Shown: positions 19,053 to 27,420 of the stretch, one piece after another | Numbering within the stretch: the stretch's first letter is position 1 | Layout of the letters: the number at the start of each line of letters is the position of its first letter | From: a virus | Taxonomy: Duplodnaviria; Caudoviricetes | IMG/VR virus record: IMGVR_UViG_3300044724_001621 | Span: 1 to 48,475 of that record | Reading direction: 5' to 3' (one strand) | Length of the DNA stretch: 48,475 nt | The notes under the pieces: model-generated | The model's input: the letters and a program-made list of their open reading frames with translations, nothing else | What the model was told of the DNA's origin: nothing | The model's database searches: none | Program-made: the position numbers and the translations under genes

Positions 19053-19297
19053 TGGCGCTTAAAAAGTCTCAGAAGTCTTTAAAGGCTTGGACAAAACAGA
19101 AGTGGCGTACTAAGTCTGGTAAGAAGTCTAGTAAAACAGGTGAGCGTTATCTTCCTGAGAAGGCTATCAAATCTTTAAGCAGTAAAGAATACGCAGCCAC
19201 TACTAAAAAGAAACGTGAAGATACTAAGAAGGGTAAGCAACACAGCAAGCAGCCTAAAAAGATTGCAAAGAAAACACGCAGGCATCGCAAGGTATGA
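19052..19297 (+). CDS. Small basic protein, DUF5872 C-terminal-like
   Basis: QKSLKAWTKQKWRTKSG...RYLPEKA motif; TAATG coupling. Confidence 0.8.
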   Translation: MALKKSQKSLKAWTKQKWRTKSGKKSSKTGERYLPEKAIKSLSSKEYAATTKKKREDTKKGKQHSKQPKKIAKKTRRHRKV

Positions 19298-19374
19298 GAA
19301 CTATAGTAGTATTTTTACTACTGTTGATTGTTGTTTGGTTAGATAAAAAAGAAGAGGAACATATAGATGGCTAA
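19294..19374 (+). CDS. Possible 26-aa membrane peptide
   Basis: ATGA overlap; MRTIVVFLLLLIVVWLDKKEEEHIDG fills the gap exactly. Confidence 0.45.
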   Translation: MRTIVVFLLLLIVVWLDKKEEEHIDG

Positions 19375-19621
19375 ACCTAGAAAAGGAAAGGCAAAGGTAA
19401 AGGTAACGGCTAGTGGTAAGAAGGTCAGCTACGGTCAGGCGGGTAAAGCTAAGGGTGGTGGACCTAGAGTAAAGCCGGGTACTTCTAAAGGCGATAGCTA
19501 CTGTGCAAGAAGCTTAGGCATTAAAAAGCGTTTACCTAAGAAAAAGCAGAACGATCCTAATACTCCTAACAACCTTTCAAGGAAGCGTTGGAAGTGTGTA
19601 GGAGCTAAGTCACGCAAGTAG
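19367..19621 (+). CDS. Small basic protein, DUF6321-like
   Basis: GAGGA RBS; SYCARS...NDPN....SRKRWKC motif. Confidence 0.7.
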   Translation: MAKPRKGKAKVKVTASGKKVSYGQAGKAKGGGPRVKPGTSKGDSYCARSLGIKKRLPKKKQNDPNTPNNLSRKRWKCVGAKSRK

Positions 19622-19834
19622 TTACTTAACTATCCGTACATCTAGCCGTTCTGCTTGAGCGGCTTTATGTGATAGTTTTAAAACAAAGTCTGAATGTATT
19701 TGTAATAAATTTGTAATAATTTCTATATTTTCTTCTGCTAACTCTATGCCAGCTAACGCTGTAATAATATCAGAATTAGTTCTTAATATAATTGATAGCC
19801 TTGATTCAGGTGTAAAATATATATCTTCCATCAT
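19622..19834 (-). CDS. Hypothetical protein, last gene of minus arm
   Basis: ATGA-coupled to upstream gene. Confidence 0.65.
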   Translation of the reverse strand: MMEDIYFTPESRLSIILRTNSDIITALAGIELAEENIEIITNLLQIHSDFVLKLSHKAAQAERLDVRIVK

Positions 19835-20040
19835 AAAGCCTGCAACTGCTGTTCTAAATAAGAATGTAAAGAATCAAGCTTATAATGTCCTTCCCTTAAA
19901 ATATTTCTTATATAATTTTGAGTATACACATCTGAAAAAATCTTTGTAACTTGATCTTCAGGGAGAAAACTAAGCTCAGTGCTTAGCCTCCCTTTCTCAT
20001 CAATAATAACTTTAAAAGAAATAAGATTACCTTCCTTCAT
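19831..20040 (-). CDS. Hypothetical protein
   Basis: ATGA-coupled to RNR stop. Confidence 0.7.
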   Translation of the reverse strand: MKEGNLISFKVIIDEKGRLSTELSFLPEDQVTKIFSDVYTQNYIRNILREGHYKLDSLHSYLEQQLQAL

Positions 20041-21908
20041 ATTTCACACACTCCTGCAACACACGCTAAGGTTTGAGTGCCTTCAGTGTTGTCATCTAAC
20101 TCTTCAATGTCCCACTCCATATCTTTAGGCATTTCTTTTAAAAGCTTTTGATACGTAGCCTTGTCTATTTTCTGATAAGGTGCTTGCTTGTACACATGCT
20201 CTGCTTCTGGAAGAAAGCTAATGCCACTAACGCTATCAAAGTTTTCCCAAATCCACTGGCATACAGAGTAGAAGTTATCGTCGTTATAATAACAAGTCAT
20301 AGAGGGTTTATGCTCACACCAACTATCTTGATAAACCTTCCATAGCTTTAACTGTTCCATGGCACCCATGCTTTCTACTGTCACGGCTTTATTAGGAGCC
20401 TTCTGAGGGAAGCTAAACACCCAGTTAGAGTTGTTCATTACGTCTTCTTCATGTGGAAACCCTGCATCAATCATAGCTGTAGCGAGAGGATCTTTCTTGT
20501 CGGCTCGTACAGTCCTAATATAGTACTCACTAAAGCGAGGATGAATACCGCTGGCGCTGTCAGTCAACTGAGATACAGTACCAGAAGGCTTAACACAAGT
20601 AATAGCAGCAGATTGATTAATACCCAGCTTGTTAGCCCACTCTTTATTAGTCTCTACTGCAACGTCCCTAAGAGTTTCTAAAAGTCTTCCTAGTGCAGCC
20701 TCACCCGTCGAGCCGTTTGTAAGCTTACAGTCCATGATGCCTGTCATAGATACACCAAGTAATGCTTCTTCTTCTGTATTTTTTTTCCAGATGTTACGCA
20801 GGTAACGAAAGTCAGTCATAGTAGCTTGTAAAGTACCAAGGATTGTAGCTGTGCGTACCTTCTTCTTAAGTGTTTGAAGTGTATCATCTTCTCTTACAAC
20901 AACCTCAGACAAGTTACAGAACTGATAAGGCCGTAGGATAATCTCAGAACAAGGATTAGTACCAAATTTAAATGAGGCATCTCTACGCTCGTTACGTGCT
21001 GCTACCTTCTGTGCTGCAATACGACTAAAGATACCACGCTCACCAGACTTAGAATCATATAGTCTCTTCATCTCAGAAGAGTATGTATCAAAGTCAGGCT
21101 TCTCAGAGTATACGGCACTGTTGTTTGCTAAAGCTCGTTGACCGTTGCCTAAGTACCACTCACCATTCTTAGCGTTAGCCATACGATTATCAGTAACATT
21201 ACTCAGGCTGATGAGGGCTGATCTACGTACACCACCTACAACAACAATGTCTGCAATCTTACATACTAAGTCATGACACTCTAGTGACGTTAGCTTACGT
21301 CCTGCTGCTAGTTTAAATAAATCAACAGTAAAATTAAATAGATCTGCTAAAGGCTGAGGCCCACTAGCTCTGCCTCCAAATGTCTTGAGCCTAGCCCCTG
21401 CTGGACGTACTCTAGTAAGATCACACTTAGGTATCTTACCGGCGTACAGGAGGCTTATAAGCTCTCTGAAGGCGCTTGCCCAGCCTACCTTACTGTCAGA
21501 TACAACAACAGTAGAGTCTGTCTCATGGAAGCTGTCAGCGACTTCTGGAAGGCTGTTTACATAGTCGCGTTCTACACTAAAGCCTACACCTGTACCACAT
21601 AATAGAATATACATTAGCTCGTCAAAAGATCTAGGGCTGTCAATAGGAAGATAAGAACAATTAAACCCTGCTACATTGTCACGGTGTAATGCTGCTCCTG
21701 CTGTCATCATACAACGCATAGACGGCATTACTTCTTGTCTAGTAATAGATTCAAATAGCTCTTCAGCTTCTGAGTCTCCAAGCTGATTACGTTCTACAAA
21801 GAAAGCAAGATAACGATTAACTGTTTCTCCCCATTCTTCACGACGTTTCTCTTCATCCATGTAACGTGCATATCTACTTTTGTGTATGTATTGTTGATAC
21901 TGATCCAT
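20037..21908 (-). CDS. nrdJ: Class II (adenosylcobalamin-dependent) ribonucleotide reductase
   Basis: FNCS, GGVRRSA, TNPCSEI, CVKPSGT and C-terminal CVAGVCEI; no beta-subunit gene present. Confidence 0.92.
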   Translation of the reverse strand: MDQYQQYIHKSRYARYMDEEKRREEWGETVNRYLAFFVERNQLGDSEAEELFESITRQEVMPSMRCMMTAGAALHRDNVAGFNCSYLPIDSPRSFDELMYILLCGTGVGFSVERDYVNSLPEVADSFHETDSTVVVSDSKVGWASAFRELISLLYAGKIPKCDLTRVRPAGARLKTFGGRASGPQPLADLFNFTVDLFKLAAGRKLTSLECHDLVCKIADIVVVGGVRRSALISLSNVTDNRMANAKNGEWYLGNGQRALANNSAVYSEKPDFDTYSSEMKRLYDSKSGERGIFSRIAAQKVAARNERRDASFKFGTNPCSEIILRPYQFCNLSEVVVREDDTLQTLKKKVRTATILGTLQATMTDFRYLRNIWKKNTEEEALLGVSMTGIMDCKLTNGSTGEAALGRLLETLRDVAVETNKEWANKLGINQSAAITCVKPSGTVSQLTDSASGIHPRFSEYYIRTVRADKKDPLATAMIDAGFPHEEDVMNNSNWVFSFPQKAPNKAVTVESMGAMEQLKLWKVYQDSWCEHKPSMTCYYNDDNFYSVCQWIWENFDSVSGISFLPEAEHVYKQAPYQKIDKATYQKLLKEMPKDMEWDIEELDDNTEGTQTLACVAGVCEI

Positions 21909-21917
21909 TATAAACTC

Positions 21918-22220
21918 CTAAATCTCACCAAAAAATTTAATTAAAACTATAACCGAAACTATATTTACACTTATAATAATTAATTCTTCGTAAATAATTT
22001 TGCTTGCTTTTATCTGCGTATCCATAGGGAAATGTAAAGCAAACTTTAAAAAGATAAACAAATCATTTATAAGATAAAACAATAAACCTGCAATAGCTAA
22101 AACAGCAAAGTAAAAATAACTAGTTATAAAATAAAGTATAGAACAAATAAGACCTAATAAAGATGTAATTACTGTTATGTCATTGGGTAAAACTTTTAAA
22201 AAATAAGGAATAAGTTTCAT
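21918..22220 (-). CDS. Hydrophobic multi-TM hypothetical protein
   Basis: About three hydrophobic segments; very AT-rich; TAATG-coupled. Confidence 0.6.
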   Translation of the reverse strand: MKLIPYFLKVLPNDITVITSLLGLICSILYFITSYFYFAVLAIAGLLFYLINDLFIFLKFALHFPMDTQIKASKIIYEELIIISVNIVSVIVLIKFFGEI

Positions 22221-22375
22221 TATAAATCCTTTAAAATATTTTTATATTCTTCTAAGGCTAGTTCTTCTTTTTTAATTTTCATAGAACTTTTAGAATTTTT
22301 AATCTTTTTTGTTTTAACTTTTTTACTATATTTAGTCCTCCTTTCATTTTTTAAATCAAGATAATTTTTATCCAT
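22220..22375 (-). CDS. Small basic protein, 51 aa (not in ORF track)
   Basis: MDKNYLDLKNERRTKYSKKVKTKKIKNSKSSMKIKKEELALEEYKNILKDL fills the gap, overlapping both neighbours. Confidence 0.65.
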   Translation of the reverse strand: MDKNYLDLKNERRTKYSKKVKTKKIKNSKSSMKIKKEELALEEYKNILKDL

Positions 22376-22640
22376 TGTCTTTTAAAACCTGCATTAATTT
22401 ATCTTCGTACCACTTTGCTTTTTGTAGATCCTCTAGTCCGTTTTTGTACGGATAACGCCAACGATACTTCAGACTGTTTCCTCGTAAATAACCAACAAAC
22501 TCTTCGTGGCTTAACATTGCGTTTATTCCGTCTATACATTCTATATCTCCATTGTTGTAATGCTTAGGCTTATTAACATTGTCCCACTCTTGAGGTGTTG
22601 CATTATCAATACTAACTTTCTTTTTAGTATGCTGTTTCAT
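22368..22640 (-). CDS. DUF3310 protein (T7 gp1.7-like nucleotide kinase family)
   Basis: VNKPKHYN.GDIECID...KYRWRY..KNGLEDLQKAKWY; start moved to the ATGA overlap at 22640. Confidence 0.85.
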   Translation of the reverse strand: MKQHTKKKVSIDNATPQEWDNVNKPKHYNNGDIECIDGINAMLSHEEFVGYLRGNSLKYRWRYPYKNGLEDLQKAKWYEDKLMQVLKDNG

Positions 22641-23062
22641 TTCCATTCCTCCGGGAAAGTTTTTTCTGAATACCATCTAATTTTATTATTCTCTGACCAT
22701 TCTGAGTGAGTCAATTTGGTTCCGTCTTTGCGAGGACGCGAACGAGGCATCGGAGCAAAGGGGGAAGCAAAAATAAATACCAACTCTACATCTTCAGGTA
22801 ATATTTTTTTAATCCATAAGTACTTACTGTACTCTGCGTAATCCCAGAATCTTCCTTTAGCTTCTAGCAATATTTTTTTACCATCAATAATTTTTATAAA
22901 GTCAGGATTATAAACATGCTCTACTATGTAAGGAACTTTTTCTGAATGCGCTTTCCAGTTTTTTAAAATAGATTTGTGTAGCTTAGCTTCCCATTTTGAA
23001 TCATACCCTTTAGGTATATTAGATTCTCTTGGCCTAACTTTTCTAGGACTTCGCTTAGGCAT
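22637..23062 (-). CDS. T7 endonuclease I-like resolvase
   Basis: YDSKWE, YNPDF and EAKG motifs. Confidence 0.85.
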   Translation of the reverse strand: MPKRSPRKVRPRESNIPKGYDSKWEAKLHKSILKNWKAHSEKVPYIVEHVYNPDFIKIIDGKKILLEAKGRFWDYAEYSKYLWIKKILPEDVELVFIFASPFAPMPRSRPRKDGTKLTHSEWSENNKIRWYSEKTFPEEWK

Positions 23063-23318
23063 TTTCTACATCTCTTAAAGTAATACTTTCTAATCTATAA
23101 TTTCTTTTTAGAAGTTTTTTAATTCTTTTTCTTACCCACCTATAAGTATAAGCATTCAACCGTCGTTGACCCATAGAAGTATAATACTTTTCTGTAGGAA
23201 TCATGCTTAACTTTTCAGCTTTTGAAATTTCATTTTCAGGTAAAATATTCTCTAACCACTCAAATAAAATATAAAAAACTTTCTGATTCATCTTTTGCTT
23301 TTTACTTTTTATAACCAT
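23055..23318 (-). CDS. Hypothetical protein
   Basis: Overlaps both neighbours in the operon. Confidence 0.65.
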   Translation of the reverse strand: MVIKSKKQKMNQKVFYILFEWLENILPENEISKAEKLSMIPTEKYYTSMGQRRLNAYTYRWVRKRIKKLLKRNYRLESITLRDVENA

Positions 23319-24139
23319 ACTTCAGGCACCTTGGGTTCACTAATTACTTTAGTTAAATATGTTAAACCTTTTGAATACTGAAATACTCTAAGGTTAGGAT
23401 AACACCTAAATTTATGGGGACAATAACCGCAGTTTTTAGGAAGCTTTAAGTTACCAGCTTTTCCTTCAGCTACAGGCTCATAACATTTTTCAGGCGGCTC
23501 GTTTTCTAACAGTGAATTTTTAATTTTAGTAATTAAATTATAGCTGTTAGGTTTATCTAGCTCATCAGGTTTATACATTACAAGCTCACCTGACTCTTTA
23601 TTGATAACTAAAAAGCCTCCTTGGTTTGTACCTTCAGCTTCTTCATAACCTGATAGCTGTGCTAAATATCCAAAAGGATCATCTGTAGCTAACGTACCTT
23701 TTTTAAATTTATTAAATGCAAAACTAGATGCTGTCTTAATATCTATAATTTCTCCATCAATTTTACAATCGATGTGTCCTTTAATACCATTAAGTTCTAC
23801 TTCTTTTTGCTGGTCTGTAGCTTTATGGCCGGCAAACTCAATTAAAAATAAAAGAACTTCTTCCAGCATATGACCATACAAAAACTTAATAGGCAAGTAA
23901 GGTTCTTCTGAAGTATTTTTACCAGTGTTGTACTTCATATCGTACCACATTCTTCTAGCTGGCTTACCTATATTTGACATTCTAATATTTTTCTTAGTGG
24001 TGTCTTGAGCTTTAGCCCAGTGCCTTAAAACATTCTTCATGCTTTCACCAAACTTTTCTATTAAATCCTCAGAAATTTTTAGTGACTTATTGTTTAACAA
24101 CGGATTAATACTGTCGTAAATGTCTTCAACTATATTCAT
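23309..24139 (-). CDS. PD-(D/E)XK exonuclease, Cas4-like
   Basis: GHID...DIKT, QLSGY, C-terminal CGYCPHKFRC. Confidence 0.85.
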   Translation of the reverse strand: MNIVEDIYDSINPLLNNKSLKISEDLIEKFGESMKNVLRHWAKAQDTTKKNIRMSNIGKPARRMWYDMKYNTGKNTSEEPYLPIKFLYGHMLEEVLLFLIEFAGHKATDQQKEVELNGIKGHIDCKIDGEIIDIKTASSFAFNKFKKGTLATDDPFGYLAQLSGYEEAEGTNQGGFLVINKESGELVMYKPDELDKPNSYNLITKIKNSLLENEPPEKCYEPVAEGKAGNLKLPKNCGYCPHKFRCYPNLRVFQYSKGLTYLTKVISEPKVPEVWL

Positions 24140-24444
24140 TTTCTATGCCTTATAAATCTACACTTACGTGTAACTGAATTATAATGGAGATACTGAACAC
24201 CTAATTTTTTTTGTGTTGGTGTTTTTGCAGAAAGCCTACCATCTTTGTAAGACTTAACATCTATTAAAATAACTTTACCTTTTGGATCTAAAGCTATAAT
24301 ATCGATAGGCCCTGTGCAACCACAATTTTTAAATACATGGTAGCCATTATCCCACAACCATGTAATAGCATAATGCTCTGCTAAATCTCCTATTCTACTT
24401 GGATCATGTTTAGGTTTTCTATCTGATATTTTAATAGGTTTCAT
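24136..24444 (-). CDS. Small PD-(D/E)XK nuclease, Hjc-like
   Basis: GDLAE...DIIA...IDVKS. Confidence 0.7.
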   Translation of the reverse strand: MKPIKISDRKPKHDPSRIGDLAEHYAITWLWDNGYHVFKNCGCTGPIDIIALDPKGKVILIDVKSYKDGRLSAKTPTQKKLGVQYLHYNSVTRKCRFIRHRK

Positions 24445-26186
24445 TAGTGTGTTTCACTCCAGTTATCTCCTATTTTGTACTCACCATCTAAAGGACAGCG
24501 TAAGTTAAATACGTCAGTAACTTGTCTAATAGCTTCTACACCCGCTTCACCTACTACAGTAGCATACTCTTCTTTAACTTCCAACTGCCACTCGTCATGG
24601 ATGTTAGCTACAAAATAAGCAGGGTAGTTATTCTCCTGTATAATATTGTTTAATATTACTAATGCTTGCTTCATTACAGCAGCTCCTGCTGATTGTAATA
24701 AAGTATTTAATGCAGCATGCTCATGTCTTATCTTAACTTTTCTACCGTCTAATCCTTTGAGATAACCCTTTGCTGATGCTCTTTCAACGCGCTCCTTAAG
24801 GTTTGCAAGTGCAGGAAGATTATAGAGAAAACGTCTTCGTAACGCAGCGCCTTCTCTTTTACTTCCTCCGACCACTGAAGCAATTCTAGCGTCTCCTGCT
24901 CCGTATAAGAATGCATAGATGAAAGTTTTAGCCTGATTTCTTGATTCAAGTCCTGCAAGTTTTTGATTTGCTGTGTGTATGTCTCCATTGAGAATCTCAT
25001 TTGTGTACTCCTTATCATTCATGTAGTGAGCAAGCATACGTAATTCAAGACCACTAGCATCTATGCCTACAAGTTTATGTCCTTCTGGTACAACCCAACA
25101 ACTTCTACAGTCTTTACCGTAAGGACTATATACCGCTGGTATCTGAGCCATATTAGGTTTTAAGTGTGACATCCTACCAGTAATTGTACCGTTAGAAATA
25201 GCATAGCCATGTACTCTATTGTCTTCTTTTAAGTTTTTAAACCATGAGTCTACTTGTGCTATTCTTTTTTGAAGTAGTAAGTAAGTGGCAATTAACTCTG
25301 CTTCAGGTATATTTTTAACAGTAGCTAACGTACCTTCATCTACAATAGGCTGGCCTGTAGGTGTAAACTTAGAAGGCTTCCAACCAAAGTCTTGAAGATA
25401 CTCACCTATTTGTTTACGAGATCCTAAATTAAATTCTTGAAGTTTCTTTCTATCAAAAGGCAACCAACGAGTTTGAATTGGTTTAGCCATTATTAAATTA
25501 TACTCATCTGTAGTTAAACCTTGTTTAGACAATGTACCATCTTTCTTTTTCTTAGGCTTTACGGTCTTAAGCGTAATTAATTTAGGTTTAAAAACTTGTT
25601 GTACAGTTTGTTCAATATTTCTTTTGCGCTCATTTAAATCTGCAAGCAATAAAGAAGCTTTGTATTCATCAAATAAAAAGCCATGCTTTTCTTGCTCTTT
25701 TAAAATTAAAGATACTTCATGCTCTAAGTTAATAGATCTATGGTCAAAGTCTGCTAACTCTTTTAGTAACTCTTCAAACACTAAAGCATTTAGCTCTACA
25801 TCATTAACACAATAGTCTAACATTTTTTGTGTATAGCCTGAAAAATCTTCTTGCTCCATAGAACCTTTTAGAAAATTTAATTGATAGCCCCAATGCTTTA
25901 AGCTATGTCCTCCACGTTCAGGGTTAGCTAATCTTGATAGCACCAAGGTATCAATTATTTTTTTATTTTTAAAATTAATATCTGTAAGCTTTTCTAATAC
26001 AGGTATGTCAAACCCTAATATGTTATGACCTATAAGTAAGTTAGCTTCTTTAATTAATTTTAAACCTTCATCTATATTGTCTGGTGAAAAAGCGTGTATC
26101 TTATTAGCGTCTAAATCTTTAGCTACTAAACACCAAAGCTTGTTTGCTTCTAAACCATCAGTCTCAATATCAAAAACTAATTTCAT
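24444..26186 (-). CDS. polA: DNA polymerase family A with 3'-5' exonuclease, T7-like
   Basis: FDIET, GHNILGFD, YCVND exo motifs; DASGLELR, RNQAKTFIYAFLYG, HDE pol motifs; start set at MKLVFDIE. Confidence 0.95.
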   Translation of the reverse strand: MKLVFDIETDGLEANKLWCLVAKDLDANKIHAFSPDNIDEGLKLIKEANLLIGHNILGFDIPVLEKLTDINFKNKKIIDTLVLSRLANPERGGHSLKHWGYQLNFLKGSMEQEDFSGYTQKMLDYCVNDVELNALVFEELLKELADFDHRSINLEHEVSLILKEQEKHGFLFDEYKASLLLADLNERKRNIEQTVQQVFKPKLITLKTVKPKKKKDGTLSKQGLTTDEYNLIMAKPIQTRWLPFDRKKLQEFNLGSRKQIGEYLQDFGWKPSKFTPTGQPIVDEGTLATVKNIPEAELIATYLLLQKRIAQVDSWFKNLKEDNRVHGYAISNGTITGRMSHLKPNMAQIPAVYSPYGKDCRSCWVVPEGHKLVGIDASGLELRMLAHYMNDKEYTNEILNGDIHTANQKLAGLESRNQAKTFIYAFLYGAGDARIASVVGGSKREGAALRRRFLYNLPALANLKERVERASAKGYLKGLDGRKVKIRHEHAALNTLLQSAGAAVMKQALVILNNIIQENNYPAYFVANIHDEWQLEVKEEYATVVGEAGVEAIRQVTDVFNLRCPLDGEYKIGDNWSETH

Positions 26187-26194
26187 ATTTTTTC

Positions 26195-26836
26195 CTATAA
26201 AGTAAGAGCCTTCCAAGAGTACTTAAGTTGTGGGCATCTTTTAAATTCATCGTCAATCATCTTAGCTATTTCACGACATTCAAACTGAGCATCGTCGCTA
26301 GATCGTAACTTAACTACTCTAGCAAAAGCAACTAATGATCCTGTCCAAATCCATTCGGTCATCATAGACTGTGGTAAAATCATACGTGCTTGTTCTGGGG
26401 CTACACCACTGGCTATCATGTTATCATACACAGCTTCAGCCTGACTAATTAAATCAGAATACTTTTGCTGAAACCTAGTATGTTCATCGCCTACAAATAC
26501 TACATCCGATGAGCCTTGCTTTTTGTTGTCTGCACGTTTACGCCACAGCTTAGGGATGTGATACTCAGGTAAAAAATCTACGTATCTCCGACTAACCTCA
26601 TTCCAAACCATACCTACTTGATGTTTAACTAATTGTCTAGCTACAAATACTGGAGCACTAATTCTAAACTGTGCTTGTACATGTGCGAAGGGAGTCCAAT
26701 GATCATGCTTTGCTAAGTAAGTTATTAACTTTTTATCTCTTGGCCCAAACTCTCCTACCATATTAGCAAATGAAACTCTCGCACTATTAGCTACAGTCTT
26801 GTCGTCACCCATTAAATCTATCATGTCTACTTTCAT
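26195..26836 (-). CDS. thyX: Flavin-dependent thymidylate synthase
   Basis: ARVSF, HWTPF, RQLVKHQ...NEVSRRY, EQARMILP, AQFE; start set at MKVDM. Confidence 0.93.
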   Translation of the reverse strand: MKVDMIDLMGDDKTVANSARVSFANMVGEFGPRDKKLITYLAKHDHWTPFAHVQAQFRISAPVFVARQLVKHQVGMVWNEVSRRYVDFLPEYHIPKLWRKRADNKKQGSSDVVFVGDEHTRFQQKYSDLISQAEAVYDNMIASGVAPEQARMILPQSMMTEWIWTGSLVAFARVVKLRSSDDAQFECREIAKMIDDEFKRCPQLKYSWKALTL

Positions 26837-26991
26837 AAAACTACTCCAGCTAAAAAAACTGTTGAAAAAATAATTAAACAAATATAAATTTTAATTAACT
26901 CTTTAGATGTTAAATATCCCTCAATAATATCTGTTAAATAATCTTTAATTAAAGAGGTCAATCTAATAAAAATGTTTCTGTTAGTGTTCAT
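26833..26991 (-). CDS. Small protein with C-terminal TM helix, 52 aa (not in ORF track)
   Basis: ATGA overlaps at both ends; MNTNRNIFIRL...IYICLIIFSTVFLAGVVL. Confidence 0.65.
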   Translation of the reverse strand: MNTNRNIFIRLTSLIKDYLTDIIEGYLTSKELIKIYICLIIFSTVFLAGVVL

Positions 26992-27266
26992 CCGTTTACG
27001 AACTCCTGTTTTATAGTTAGCTCTACGATTACATCCCCGTCAGGATGATGCCGATAAGCTTCAACTAATTTATCTCTTAATGTTATCATTTCATGAAGCT
27101 GCATATTCTCACCTAGCTCGTCTTCGTAATCTCTGTAAGCAGTAATGCAAGCAAGCACAAACTTTTTATTTCTTTTAACAACCTTATCTACTACTTTATG
27201 CGACCACCAGTAAGCCTCAAGTACGTAGTCTGCATCTAGGTCAATCTTTGCTGTGTTACTTTTCAT
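26988..27266 (-). CDS. Hypothetical protein
   Basis: ATGA-coupled in operon. Confidence 0.7.
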   Translation of the reverse strand: MKSNTAKIDLDADYVLEAYWWSHKVVDKVVKRNKKFVLACITAYRDYEDELGENMQLHEMITLRDKLVEAYRHHPDGDVIVELTIKQEFVNG

Positions 27267-27409
27267 ACTTCTAAAAACTCCATTCTTGTATTAACATAAT
27301 GTTCAATATCTTTTTCAGTAACCAAACCTATTTCTAATCCTTTCTCAAAAAGACGAAGGGCTTCTTCATAAAGCCCCTCTCTTACTTGATCATTGTAGTG
27401 ACAACTCAT
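27263..27409 (-). CDS. Hypothetical protein, 48 aa (not in ORF track)
   Basis: GGAG RBS; MSCHYNDQVREGLYEEALRLFEKG...; ATGA overlap with next gene. Confidence 0.7.
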   Translation of the reverse strand: MSCHYNDQVREGLYEEALRLFEKGLEIGLVTEKDIEHYVNTRMEFLEV

Positions 27410-27420
27410 ATTAATCTCCG

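Noticed and set aside
23309-24139. CRISPR-Cas system suggested by the Cas4-like gene
   Set aside because: No repeat-spacer array or other cas genes; standard replication-module exonuclease
24444-26186. HMO-2011-type polymerase with DnaJ zinc finger; inteins or introns
   Set aside because: No CxxCxGxG repeats; Pol, RNR, helicase and TerL are normal length and uninterrupted
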